DNA from: an uncultured virus (IMG/VR IMGVR_UViG_3300005758_000005)
Lineage: Duplodnaviria; Heunggongvirae; Uroviricota; Caudoviricetes
IMG/VR virus record: IMGVR_UViG_3300005758_000005
Span: 62,001-126,000 of that record
Strand: one strand, 5' to 3'
Length of the DNA stretch: 64,000 nucleotides
Shown here: positions 53,756 through 64,000 of the stretch, piece after piece
Layout: every line of letters begins with the position of its first letter
Position numbering within the stretch: the first letter of the stretch is position 1
Position numbers and translations under genes: made by a program
Notes under the pieces: model-generated
The model's database searches: none
The model's input: only the letters and a program-made list of their open reading frames with translations
Told to the model about the DNA's origin: nothing

Positions 53756-55780
53756 TTAAAGTTCTTTTCCAATAATATCTGCCATCAGACTAATATTACC
53801 ATTGATAGCCGGGACAAGCAATGGGAACTTTTTAATATATTCTTCCTTGATATCAAAAGGCTTCTCGGAAATATCAAATCTCAAGGCATACCAGAGCGAT
53901 GTAAATTTCTCAAGATTATTAAAGTCTTCGTGAATCTTTTGGAGTTGATTTTTAATATCTTCTGGAAACGAATCCTTATTGGCAAAGAACAGAGCCTTCC
54001 ATCGACCTTCAAGATTATAATAAGTATTCCAGTTATTATATTCTTCAGCGTATCTTGTCATCACCAAACTTTTAAATTCTTCCACATAGTCATCAAAAGA
54101 TTGCATCGTATCAGGAACATTCTTGATATTTGCCTTCTTGACTCCGTAGAATGACACAGGCTCTTCTCCACGCTCAGTCAAGAATTTATTAATAATGTTT
54201 GTATAGTCCCTGATATACATTGGGTCTTGAACATAATAGGAAGTAGATTTAAAATATTCCAATGGCAAGTATACAGCATTGTCTTCCACTTCATCAACAG
54301 GAGTCCAACAATCAGAATTTGTTTTTCCCATATAAGGATTAATTTTATAAAACTGAGCGTTGATACTCTTCTTGCCTGATATTGTCTTAGGTTTAGGTGC
54401 TGGAGTGTATGGAATATCTTTTAAATATACAATCGTGGCTCCATCAAAGTCAGGCTGGTCTTTAAATTCTTCTGCCTTCTGGGTGCTTTCAAAAGACAAG
54501 ATGAACTTTCTTGCATTCTTAAAAGGATTAAAACCATTGATATTATTCTGGAGACAATAAGATTGAATTCTTGGCTTGATTGAATTCCTCTTAAGATTAG
54601 CATTGTCAATAAAGAGAATGTGACCTTCTTGTGGAGCAATATCTGAATTCTTTTTATAAGATTTGTCACTGGTCTCCATCATTACATAATTGATTCCATA
54701 TTCTCTCAATCTCTTCTCATTAAAGGTCGTAGGGATGGATTGGGTAAGATTGGAGACATTGACAATATGCATGAACTGAGCATCAATATGTCGCTTATGG
54801 ATTGACTTTTTCCAGAGTGAATTCTTCTCTTCCAAAGATTCTGTAATTGTATTAATAATATCTGCTTGAATATTAGAGATAGACTTCATAATAAAATCTT
54901 TTGTCTTATTATCCATCTCAAGGTTTTCACGGGATGCAGATGGTTTCACTTCTCCAATATTTGCGGTAAGAACAATATGGCTTCTCGAATTTTGGATATA
55001 CTTGCGTGTTTCATAATCCAAAGAATCCAAGGAAGCAGGATAGAGAACATTGCCCATCAAGACCGACAAATCACCTTCACCATAATACTCCCGGCGATAC
55101 ATCTTCCAATTGCCACCTTCAAGGATTGGATTGATTAAACGGGCAGACTCGATTAGATTAGCAATACTAGTATCACCCATGAACTTAGGAATTGGATTAA
55201 AATTCTTAAAGAAGGATACAGAGTTATTTCTAAAGTTGGAAAAGTCTACAGCGGAATTAATATTAATATGAACGCTAAGACCTGTCTCATCTGTTGGTTT
55301 GGTGGAAAGAAGAGCGACCTTGCCTACATTTGTTTCGTCGATGTATGCTTGGTAGGTGTATTCTGTTCCATTATGCCGGGAAATAATCATAAAGGAATTA
55401 ACATAACAGAATGCGGATTTGCTACCAAGACCAAGCATTCCCACCTGTTCATTTGTATTACGCTTGGTTGATGCACCGTAGGAAGCAAAGATATTCTGAA
55501 CATCATCTGGGGAAAGACCAAAACCAAAGTCTCTTACAATAAAGGTAGGAGAGAAGGATGTTGGCAAGGTGATTTCAATTGGACGCTCTACATTCGCTTC
55601 AATATGTGCATCGTAAGCGTTGGTGGAATATTCCCGAATAACTGCAAGAACTTTATTAGAATAGAGTTGATTGCGAAGAATAGAAAAGATATGAGCAACA
55701 TTCTCTTGACGAATATTGAAAGCAACCTCGTTCTCAATGCCTTCCCGCTCTACCTTAAACGCAACCTCATTAACAATCAT
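53756..55780 (-). CDS. rIIA: rIIA-like protein (GHKL ATPase N-terminus)
   Basis: LYSNKVLAVIREYSTNAYDAH...VRDFGFGLS...YGASTK...GMLGLGSKSAF; start reassigned to MIVNE. Confidence 0.85.
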   Translation of the reverse strand: MIVNEVAFKVEREGIENEVAFNIRQENVAHIFSILRNQLYSNKVLAVIREYSTNAYDAHIEANVERPIEITLPTSFSPTFIVRDFGFGLSPDDVQNIFASYGASTKRNTNEQVGMLGLGSKSAFCYVNSFMIISRHNGTEYTYQAYIDETNVGKVALLSTKPTDETGLSVHININSAVDFSNFRNNSVSFFKNFNPIPKFMGDTSIANLIESARLINPILEGGNWKMYRREYYGEGDLSVLMGNVLYPASLDSLDYETRKYIQNSRSHIVLTANIGEVKPSASRENLEMDNKTKDFIMKSISNIQADIINTITESLEEKNSLWKKSIHKRHIDAQFMHIVNVSNLTQSIPTTFNEKRLREYGINYVMMETSDKSYKKNSDIAPQEGHILFIDNANLKRNSIKPRIQSYCLQNNINGFNPFKNARKFILSFESTQKAEEFKDQPDFDGATIVYLKDIPYTPAPKPKTISGKKSINAQFYKINPYMGKTNSDCWTPVDEVEDNAVYLPLEYFKSTSYYVQDPMYIRDYTNIINKFLTERGEEPVSFYGVKKANIKNVPDTMQSFDDYVEEFKSLVMTRYAEEYNNWNTYYNLEGRWKALFFANKDSFPEDIKNQLQKIHEDFNNLEKFTSLWYALRFDISEKPFDIKEEYIKKFPLLVPAINGNISLMADIIGKEL

Positions 55781-55881
55781 AACGGCTCTCCAAACTTGTG
55801 ATGCCTTATAATACAGCAATAATTCTTGGAGAGCCAATAGATTTTCAGATATTTTTCATTATTTGAATCATTCCGTAGGGG

Positions 55882-56469
55882 TTATTTTCCTAGGGCAAAA
55901 TTACGTGGTAAAATCCTTCCATAGGCAATATCAAAAGAATCGTTGGTGTATTTTTCAAAATTTATCATGTCTTTAAAACTCTTGATATCTTTAATCTTTA
56001 TTTTATTAATCCAATGTCTATTAACCATTTCAATTCTAGAGAACAACATTGGATAATTTTCACCCATTTCATTCCTATAATATGATGTTCCAAGAATACA
56101 ACATCCGTCAGCACTTTCTTTAAATGCCATCTCTTGTAATATTTTAATTGTTTCTAAAGTACTCTCATGCGAAGACAAATCAAGATTATTTAAAACTGAA
56201 TAATGATAATCACGATCTGTATCTAATCCAAAAGGGTCGTTAAATGGCATCTTATAATAGAATGCAATTGTGTTGAATAAACTGTCAGAATCTATTAAAT
56301 ATTTAGCATAAAACAAGAATGGTGCAGCCCAACTCCAAGGTTCATTTGCTGCATCTTCTAAATCTAAATCATTAATAAAATTCCTAAGGGTCTTATCATT
56401 CTTTATTAGTTTAGCAAATTTTGAGAAATCATCCATCTTTAATCCTCTCCAAGATATCCAATATGGCAT
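55882..56469 (-). CDS. Hypothetical protein
   Basis: ORF coupled to uvsE; true start probably MDDFSK. Confidence 0.55.
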   Translation of the reverse strand: MPYWISWRGLKMDDFSKFAKLIKNDKTLRNFINDLDLEDAANEPWSWAAPFLFYAKYLIDSDSLFNTIAFYYKMPFNDPFGLDTDRDYHYSVLNNLDLSSHESTLETIKILQEMAFKESADGCCILGTSYYRNEMGENYPMLFSRIEMVNRHWINKIKIKDIKSFKDMINFEKYTNDSFDIAYGRILPRNFALGK

Positions 56470-57331
56470 AATCTTTATTCTTTAATTCTACATCAAACAT
56501 CACATCTTTATTATAATTTTGTGGAAGATTCTCAGCCATATCTCTGTGTGCTTTAGTATTTTCTTTACCTTCTGAATAATGAAAGATTGGCTGACAGTTC
56601 CAAGTAGAATAAGCAAGATGGAATGCTTCTTCATCTGTCATATCGTTGTGTAGAATTTTATGATGGAGATTATCAAATGTTACTGGTATTCCTCTCGTTT
56701 GATGGAAATACGTATGGAGATTCTTGATAGACCATACACCGTTTGCATTATCATTATTTTCAAGGACAAGTCGTTTGCGTACTGAATCAGAGAGTCTATC
56801 GAAGTTGGCAAAGAATCTATTGGAAATGTCAATCGGGTCACCATCTTTCCTGACATGAATATTTAAAGGAGAATAATAAGATTGTGGTAAATCTAATCGG
56901 TCAAAGATATCTGCATGAGCCTCTAAGTCAATTATAGAATTTTGTAATGCCTTAGGGTCTTCAGAAGTTAAAGTAATATATTCTGATGGATGGGCGGAAA
57001 CACGAATGCCAGTTTCTTTAATTGCCCTCTTAACCTTATCTATCTCATACTTTATAAAACCGTACTCTGGCAAATCTTCTATATCTAACATAACATCTGG
57101 ATGCTTAATTACTGGGCATAAATCAGAAGACAATCTATAACCCATAATCCCTGCAGCCTTACAATGACGAATAATCTTTTCAGTGACAGAGAAATTATTC
57201 CTAACAATCTCTGAAAGCTTTTGTAATGATTCTTCCCTGGGCTTTGAGGAAAAAGATTTGTATGTCATTGTGCGAAACTTGATACCTTGTTCCGCCAATA
57301 CATTAGAAATACAACATAAGGAAAGATTCAT
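56429..57331 (-). CDS. uvsE: UV-damage endonuclease (UVDE)
   Basis: YRLSSD, RVSAHP, LNIHV, RLVLENND, PVTFDNLHH, FHYSE, DVELKNKD. Confidence 0.9.
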   Translation of the reverse strand: MNLSLCCISNVLAEQGIKFRTMTYKSFSSKPREESLQKLSEIVRNNFSVTEKIIRHCKAAGIMGYRLSSDLCPVIKHPDVMLDIEDLPEYGFIKYEIDKVKRAIKETGIRVSAHPSEYITLTSEDPKALQNSIIDLEAHADIFDRLDLPQSYYSPLNIHVRKDGDPIDISNRFFANFDRLSDSVRKRLVLENNDNANGVWSIKNLHTYFHQTRGIPVTFDNLHHKILHNDMTDEEAFHLAYSTWNCQPIFHYSEGKENTKAHRDMAENLPQNYNKDVMFDVELKNKDYAILDILERIKDG

Positions 57332-57342
57332 GTTCTACTGTA

Positions 57343-58739
57343 TCATAAAACAACCCCGCTAGCAAGTCTCCATTTAAGATTCTTTAAGTCTTCCTCTAAA
57401 AGATCCTGGAACGTTTTATCAGAGCTGCCAAAATGTATTAAAACAGAACAAAAAAGAGCATTAATAGATATAGAATAAAATAATCCACTTAAGTCCTTAA
57501 ATTTTTCATTTTTTTCAATATAATGTAAGATATTTAAACTAATAGAGAATAATATTTTAAAATCGCTCTTGTATGTTATTAATTTGTATAGTAGAATAGA
57601 TAATGGTTCAATATTCCATTCCTTATACCTTACTAAATCTGGATAAAAAAGATTATTTGTTTCTTGTTGTAGGATTTTAATTGCATATGATTTGATTACA
57701 TTATAATTAACTCCAGGGACTAGGTAATAAAAATCCCAGTCCCTGTTTAAGAGTTCTAATATATTCTTTTTAATTTTAGACATTGTTACAGAAATTATTA
57801 ATAATCTCTCTGCCCTTCTTATAGTTTCCTGAGTTCTTTTCAAAATATACTGTGACTAAAAAATAATCTTCATCACTGTATCCAAAATGAATTTCAAGCT
57901 CTGGTCCAAGAAGGGGGAATTTTTTATTATTAATCATATTGTAGCTATTATGTAAATGTTGAAAGAATCTTCCTTTACATTTAGCATCGACCAAGAATAC
58001 AACATATGGTACACTAAAATCGCCATTCTTATATTTATGGCCTTGGCAACAAAACAATGTCCAGATCCATTCACTCTTATTAATGTTTAAGATAGAACTT
58101 TTAATTAATCGATCTAGCTTTACATCTTTTAAATTTCTTGGATCGTTATAATTGAATTTTTCTAGGAAGGAATCAAGAGTTCTCATAGATTTCACAGATC
58201 AGCATGTTATCATCTTCTCGAATGATTTTGCCAGCAGCTGTTACAAGATGTTCGTCGATAGAGAGATTCCAATTGTTCTCATTATAAAGATCACGGAATT
58301 CTTCTAGAGTGTAAACCTTATCATCTTCGAAAAATCTAACTGTGGCTTCTTCTGAATAAAAATCTATAAGTCGGTCAATAGCGGTGAGGTCTAATAGTTT
58401 CATGCCTTATTATTCCCTCGATTTTTAGCTTTTGAGGCGCTTGAGTAAAAAAGGTATGAAAAAAGGAGCAATTAATAACATGCCTCCGTACCTCACATAT
58501 ATACTACCCTCGAAAAACCCAATAATATAAAAAATAATGCTCGAAAAAATAGGATATAAAATAATAAAGAGAATTAACCTTAAGATAAAAAGGATCTGGA
58601 CCCTTTTAAAAGCTTTGGGGAAATTTTTACATTTACGACATTCATATTTAATAACGTCGCTGTAGAAATTATCACCACAAACCTCACACTTAAGTTTAAT
58701 TCTCTTTAATGTGCAACTTGATAAAACACTATTTTTCAT
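57343..58739 (-). other. Four small hypothetical genes (57343-57843, 57776-58195, 58173-58403, 58425-58739)
   Basis: Overlapping or adjacent minus-strand ORFs; the last has CxxC pairs and TM segments. Confidence 0.5.
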
Positions 58740-58760
58740 TACAGTGTTTTATTCTATTTT

Positions 58761-59267
58761 TTAGAACTTGAATCCCAACATCTTAGTAAAGTCATCGATC
58801 TTTACAGAAGCGGTGACAAGAGCCCGGACCTTATCTGTGCTCGAAAAACGATTAGCAAGATCCACACCCTCTACATAAGCGCCAGCCGAAAGACTTACAC
58901 CATTGATAACCTTACCGAATGGAACAAGAACTCCAACACCTACTGCAGCCTTATCACCATACTTATCTGTGCTTAAGACTCCAACGGTTGAAACAGTCTT
59001 TCCAAGTACAGTATAATTGCCTAGAGTAGAAAGGGCCAATGCATTACTATTTCGGCCATCAATTCCAACTCCTGCAGTAAAACCATTAAAGCGACCATCA
59101 CTGAACTGAGGCTTAACAAAAAAGCTCTTAGCACCAACTTCCGCCTTCTTTCCCCCAACTTGAGAGAATGATCCGCTGCAAACTAAACAGGAAATAACAA
59201 CTGGAATTACACTCTTAAATACTAAATTCTTAATCATATAAAAATTCCTTCTAGACTTTAACGTCAT
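58761..59267 (-). CDS. Secreted/outer-membrane-like protein
   Basis: Signal-peptide-like segment, alternating G/hydrophobic beta strands, C-terminal Phe. Confidence 0.45.
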   Translation of the reverse strand: MTLKSRRNFYMIKNLVFKSVIPVVISCLVCSGSFSQVGGKKAEVGAKSFFVKPQFSDGRFNGFTAGVGIDGRNSNALALSTLGNYTVLGKTVSTVGVLSTDKYGDKAAVGVGVLVPFGKVINGVSLSAGAYVEGVDLANRFSSTDKVRALVTASVKIDDFTKMLGFKF

Positions 59268-59283
59268 ATTTTATTATTCCCCT

Positions 59284-59730
59284 TTACTCGAAATATGCAA
59301 TCACCCTAAGATCTTTTTTTAACCTATCCTTTATTCGTTGTATCTTCTTTCTTAAAGCCACAACAGATAAACCATATTTTTCTGACAAACTATTATAATC
59401 TTCCCCTAGAGAATAAAATTTAAAAAGCTCGAAATCTTTTCCCAATATTTCAAAGACAAGCTCCTCTAATTCGTTTGTCTCGAAATTTTCCCTATAAATC
59501 GGCTCATCTATAAAATCTAAACTCTCGAATTTCTTTTTCCTTGAACGATCTATTAATGCGTTTAAAGCTATACCAATTAAATAACTTTTCTCAGTCTCTT
59601 CTCTAATGTTATAATTTCGAATTAAAAGATTATAATAAACATCACTAGTTAATTCCTCTGATAAATTATAATCTTTTGTTTTACTATATAGATAATTAAA
59701 TATTACCTTACGATATTTCAAAAGCTTCAT
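59284..59730 (-). CDS. ECF-type sigma-70 family factor
   Basis: SEELTSDVY...KSYLIGIALNALIDRSRKK (region 2); YNSLSEKYGLSVVALRKKIQRIKDRL (region 4). Confidence 0.75.
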   Translation of the reverse strand: MKLLKYRKVIFNYLYSKTKDYNLSEELTSDVYYNLLIRNYNIREETEKSYLIGIALNALIDRSRKKKFESLDFIDEPIYRENFETNELEELVFEILGKDFELFKFYSLGEDYNSLSEKYGLSVVALRKKIQRIKDRLKKDLRVIAYFE

Positions 59731-59789
59731 AAAAATAAAAAAGAGGAAAAGAATATTCCTTTCCTCTTCTCCCTTAAAAAATAAAAATC

Positions 59790-60287
59790 TTAATCACATA
59801 ACAAGAAAGAATAACGGAACTTATGCACAGCTACAATAACTTCTTCGTCACTATAATCTAACTCATTAATTGCCACCCTATAATATTGTATCATGTTCTT
59901 AATAGGTGGGTCAAGAGGTGCTAAACCATTCTGCACTCTATACTGTGTCCAACTCCTATAATGCTGCCCAAGAGAACCAAGATTATAAAGGAGCAAATCA
60001 AAATCGTTAAAAGGAACACTCCAATCAACTTTAAGCTTCTCTAACTCTTTTAAATTCTCACCCTGAAAATCCTTAAGCTTCTTATCACTCTCGAAAAATT
60101 CACCAATCTCTTCACCATACTCGAAAACCTTATACTTGTCTTCTTTCTTTTGAACTTTTACTGGCTCCTTAACAACTTCTTTAACAACAGGCTTAACTTC
60201 AACAACTTCAACGGTTTCTACAATTTCTTCTTTAGTCTCAACAGTTTCTTCCACTGCCTTAACTTCCTCGATTTTCTTCCTTGCCAT
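59790..60287 (-). CDS. Hypothetical protein with E/K/V-rich N-terminus
   Basis: AAGGA RBS; 165 aa. Confidence 0.55.
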   Translation of the reverse strand: MARKKIEEVKAVEETVETKEEIVETVEVVEVKPVVKEVVKEPVKVQKKEDKYKVFEYGEEIGEFFESDKKLKDFQGENLKELEKLKVDWSVPFNDFDLLLYNLGSLGQHYRSWTQYRVQNGLAPLDPPIKNMIQYYRVAINELDYSDEEVIVAVHKFRYSFLLCD

Positions 60288-60379
60288 ATTTTTTCCTTTC
60301 GGCTGTGGATTCTTAAACGATATCCTTACAAAATAATAGAGAAAAATCCTCTATATCCTCTTTTACAATAAAAATATCC

Positions 60380-60931
60380 TTAAGACCTCGAAAAACTAAT
60401 TCCAAGCTCCTTTAACCGCTTATTTATGACCGGAAAACCTGTAACAACCCCACCATTAATTTCTATCTCTTGTTCACCTATATCAGATAATTTTATTTTT
60501 CCACTACCATTAAAATAATATCCCTGATTACTCGAACCCCTTAAGCCACCCCAAATTCTCTTACCCCTATCATATCGCCCATAAACCAATAAGTCAATAT
60601 AATCCAAACATTTTTTCTTATCAAAATCTTCTAAAATTTCCCCTATATCAAAACCACTAAAAACAACAACTCCCCCAGGTAAATCCAACTCCACTAAAAG
60701 ACTATATAATTCATCTGCTTGTAAGAAAGGTTCACCCCCAGATATTGTTAATCCCGGAGACTTTATAAAATCTAATACATCTCTTACACTATAATATTCT
60801 CCACCCTCGAAATTCCATGTCTCAGGATTAAAACAGCCGAGACATCCTAAATTACATCCCTGAAACCAAATAATATCCCTCTCTCCAGGACCGTTAACAA
60901 AAGTACTCGAAAGCTTACCAAATAGTTGCAT
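60380..60931 (-). CDS. Radical-SAM 4Fe-4S protein, NrdG/RNR-activase-like
   Basis: NGPGER..IWFQGCNLGCLGCFNPETW, GLTISGGEPFLQ, DLLVYGRY, RGSSNQ. Confidence 0.85.
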   Translation of the reverse strand: MQLFGKLSSTFVNGPGERDIIWFQGCNLGCLGCFNPETWNFEGGEYYSVRDVLDFIKSPGLTISGGEPFLQADELYSLLVELDLPGGVVVFSGFDIGEILEDFDKKKCLDYIDLLVYGRYDRGKRIWGGLRGSSNQGYYFNGSGKIKLSDIGEQEIEINGGVVTGFPVINKRLKELGISFSRS

Positions 60932-60960
60932 CCCTTAAATCCATCCTGTATAATAAACGC

Positions 60961-61395
60961 ATGAGTAAGGTTTTTAATAACGTATATCTAAAACTTAAAG
61001 AAGAATACGAACAAAGTGAGCCAGTAGAATATAACTCGAAAAATCTACTGAAGAATATTAGCACGACATTAGACAATCTTTATAAAAATCTTCTCAACAT
61101 TGAACTTATACTTAAAGAGATTACATTATTCGATACCAAAACATCTGAGGAATTTTTAAATCTCTCTTATAAAAATATCGAAGAAATACATAAGAGTTTT
61201 CCTAAGATCTTTTTCGACACACCAATAGAAGAAAATTATCCAGAAACATACTTAGATGCAATAGAAGAATTAATAGCATCTGTAATCACCTTAAGATTCT
61301 ATTTAGTAAGACTCGAAAATCAAGATAATAAAAATATCCTATCACTCTTAGATTCTTATATTCTTAACATTAAACTATATACCAAAAATTATTAG
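60961..61395 (+). CDS. Hypothetical helical protein (paralog of 62559..63086)
   Basis: Leaderless start TATAAT-N6-ATG; shared motifs ILKEI..FP..F..DA..S..LRF. Confidence 0.6.
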   Translation: MSKVFNNVYLKLKEEYEQSEPVEYNSKNLLKNISTTLDNLYKNLLNIELILKEITLFDTKTSEEFLNLSYKNIEEIHKSFPKIFFDTPIEENYPETYLDAIEELIASVITLRFYLVRLENQDNKNILSLLDSYILNIKLYTKNY

Positions 61396-62550
61396 GCTCG
61401 AAAAATACACCTTAAGATATTTTAAAAAGTTGAACCTAAATCTTAAAGTACTATAGGGGAAGAACAAAAGAATCTCAACTCCAAAAATAGGCTCGAATTT
61501 TAAAGTGTGATATAATGTAATACTGTGAACCTAAAATACTCGAAAAACTCTAGGGGATATTTTTAATTCTATAGTGGGTATTGTGCTCGATTTTTGGAAT
61601 TTTTTAGGATTCTTGATATATACTAAAAAATTTGCAGGAAAGTCTTTTGTAAATACAGAATGATATTTATTCACACTAGGATTTTAAAATAGACCTCCGA
61701 ACAGAAAAAGCCCCGATAAAATTCTTCTTGTTGTTAAATAAAACTCTTCTGGTCTAATTCAAAAATCTAGGAGTTGTTTAGAAAAATTCCTGTGGTCTGA
61801 TTCAAAATTTCTAAGGTCTGTTTACAAGAATCTTATTTAAATTCTTCCTGTAGTTAAGTAAAAGTCCTAGGGTTTGATTTAAAAGATTCTGTGCTATTCA
61901 ATTAATTCTCTTATGGTATTAAATCTAGAGTGTTATTTTAAATTCCCTTATTATTATTCTTTTATTCTCTGGGGTTTTTTATTTTAATTATCCCTATTGT
62001 ATTATTTTTTCTTCTAGGGTATAATATTTAATCTATTTATTTCTCTATAGGCTAAATTTTGTTTTTTTTCTTATTCTACCCTATCTTTTATCATTATCTA
62101 TCAGTATTGTTTTTTATGTAAGTTATTTGGCATTAGGGTTTTTAATTAGTAGTGAATGGGAATAGGATTTTTTTTGTATGGTAAGATTTGTTTTTAAATG
62201 GGAATAGAATTTTGTTTTATGGTGTATTATTTTATTAGTTTGGGTTGTAGTCTCCATTGTGTTTTTAAATTTGTTTTTGTTGGGTATTTTTAGAAGGAAT
62301 ATTAGAAAGCTTTGCAGAATATATTAATTAGTCTTATTGTCTGTATTGATAATTTGGCTTTTTTTATATTTAGTATTAATGTGGTATGAATCTATCTTTT
62401 TTAATGGTTGTTTTAGCTTAGGAATCTTTTGTTTTTAGAATTTTGATTGATTTGTTTATATATTTTCTGTGTTATATTTTTTTGGGTTTTTTGGGCTTAT
62501 TTTTTACATTAATTTTACGTTGTTATTTTTTTGTATATATTATGTGAGGT
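61396..62550. other. Long AT-rich non-coding region with degenerate repeats and a compositional skew switch; candidate replication origin
   Basis: No credible ORF; + strand A/C-rich to the left and T/G-rich to the right; repeats near 61719/61838 and 61750/61793. Confidence 0.45.
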
Positions 62551-62558
62551 ATATTATT

Positions 62559-63086
62559 ATGACAGTTTTAGAGAAGTATAATTTGGCGGTAGATTTGATA
62601 GAGGGTGATGATTCTTTGTATGTTGGTTATGTATCTGATGTTGAAGGTCATGTTCCTGTAGTTGTTGATTTATTGTCTTGTTATGGTGGTATTGTTTCTC
62701 TTTTATCTGGTATTGGAAAGAAGCGTATTAATCTTTATTATTTCAATGGTGAGTTAATTTCTAATGTTGATGTTTTAGGAATTTTGTTACGTGAGGTTGA
62801 TGTAAATAGGGAATCTTGTTTAACTTTATTGGATGAGATTTATTCTTATTGTTTTCCTGCTTTACGTTTTGAGGTTAAGATTCTAAGTAATGATGTTGAT
62901 GCTTTTGTATCTATTATGAAGAGTCTGCGTGATTTGCGTTTTAGTGTAGAGTCTGGTTCTGTTGTTGTCGAGCCAGTTGTTGAGGAGCCTGTTATTGCTT
63001 CTGTTGGTGTTGTTGATGGTGAGGAGATTGAGGTTGTAGATTTTGAGAGTGAGATTGATTTTGTAGAGGTTAAGAAAAAGAAGTAG
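62559..63086 (+). CDS. Hypothetical protein (paralog of 60961..61395)
   Basis: GAGGT RBS before MTVLEK; terminator ~63108-63140. Confidence 0.6.
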   Translation: MTVLEKYNLAVDLIEGDDSLYVGYVSDVEGHVPVVVDLLSCYGGIVSLLSGIGKKRINLYYFNGELISNVDVLGILLREVDVNRESCLTLLDEIYSYCFPALRFEVKILSNDVDAFVSIMKSLRDLRFSVESGSVVVEPVVEEPVIASVGVVDGEEIEVVDFESEIDFVEVKKKK

Positions 63087-63140
63087 TATTGTGGTTTTGT
63101 TTTTTTGATCTGCTCTTTTTATAGGGCAGATTTTTTTTTG

Positions 63141-63563
63141 TTATAATCTTAAGATGTCTTTTTCTTTATGTATTTCGATATGGTCAATATTTGAATTTAT
63201 TGCTAATCTAAAGAATAGTTCAAGGTCTTCTATTTCTGGGTTATCTACAGGGTTGATTTTTATAATTTTATTGTAGATTGTTTTAAAATCTTTGTTATAT
63301 AGGAAGAAGAACATGCTATCTTGATTTATCATTTCTTTAATTTCTTTTTTGGATAAATTTAAGAGAGCTAAAGTTTTTGATTTGATTGTTATTTGTCCGT
63401 TGTATGGGTTATCTGTTACATGTATAGAATTTAGTTTTTCACTATATTTTTTAATTTTATCTTCATCATAAGTTTCTAGTTTGTCGATAAAATTCATTAA
63501 GAGATTCCAAGTCAAGTGTTGTTTTTGCATCATAATATTAGGGTTGTTAAATTGTATATTCAT
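63141..63563 (-). CDS. Hypothetical protein
   Basis: Leaderless start TGATACAAT-N6-ATG. Confidence 0.55.
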   Translation of the reverse strand: MNIQFNNPNIMMQKQHLTWNLLMNFIDKLETYDEDKIKKYSEKLNSIHVTDNPYNGQITIKSKTLALLNLSKKEIKEMINQDSMFFFLYNKDFKTIYNKIIKINPVDNPEIEDLELFFRLAINSNIDHIEIHKEKDILRL

Positions 63564-63620
63564 GTGTTTATTGTATCATAGGTTTAGGATTGTGTGTGTT
63601 GTTTCTAGAATGTTTTATTT

Positions 63621-63839
63621 ATGTGGTATAGATATTCTGGTGTAACAATATTATATAAATTTAATAATCAAAAGAAATCTTTAAGGGAGCATTTGGAGGA
63701 TTTATTTCCAGATGTTAATTCTGTGGATATTTTTTATTTAATGAATAGAGTGCGATCAAGAGCTAAGAAATTGGGTGTGTCTGTTGAGGATGTGCTTTAT
63801 GACATTGCTTTCGATGGTTTATTTAGGGATGGCAGATAA
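63621..63839 (+). CDS. MWY-leader small protein
   Basis: MWYRYS start. Confidence 0.55.
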   Translation: MWYRYSGVTILYKFNNQKKSLREHLEDLFPDVNSVDIFYLMNRVRSRAKKLGVSVEDVLYDIAFDGLFRDGR

Positions 63840-64000
63840 TGTGGTATAAATTTGCGGCTTTTGCTAAGTTAATTAAAAATCTTTATCCTTATGAGTTTTG
63901 GGTTGAAGTAGAAGAGAAAAATGAATTAAGAGAAATTGTTCCATCATTTAAAAAAATTGTACCTGGGCAAGAAATGGGAATTGTGGCTTGGGGTAAATTA
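63839..64000 (+). CDS. MWY-leader protein, 3'-truncated
   Basis: TAATG overlap; MWYKFAAFAKL... open to the window end. Confidence 0.6.
   Translation, partial: MWYKFAAFAKLIKNLYPYEFWVEVEEKNELREIVPSFKKIVPGQEMGIVAWGKL

Overview
AT-rich, gene-dense 64 kb segment of a large (jumbo-type) tailed-phage genome; standard genetic code. The host is possibly Armatimonadota-like, inferred from a captured DUF1559/H-X9-DG prepilin gene. 1-27.5 kb: dnaK, an HNH nuclease, five tandem LamG-domain paralogs, a RusA-like resolvase, and a dispersed set of proteins whose unrelated cargo domains (ART-like, HExxH zincin, J-domain, FHA) share N-terminal leaders (MWY[KR]x[AS] or MNK[KR]QI[LI]ASLN..). 30.8-38.9 kb: nine copies of a strictly spaced 56-bp dyad element, ATTATTT-N11-TCGGGGGGTTAACCCCCCGA-N11-AAATAAT. 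These separate promoter-gene-terminator cassettes, several visibly GC-richer, and an ORF-less structured RNA candidate lies next to copy 1. This is the most striking unexplained system. 39-51 kb: seven tRNAs (tRNA-Leu(UAA) carries a group I intron), a ClpP-like protease and many small, often leaderless genes. 51-61 kb: rIIB/rIIA, UV-damage endonuclease, ECF sigma factor, radical-SAM activase. A strand-polarised CTCGA(A/T) motif clusters at 39.4-44.7 and 58.4-61.6 kb and ends at a ~1.1 kb non-coding skew-switch region (candidate origin). All calls come from motif recognition by eye; no searches were run.
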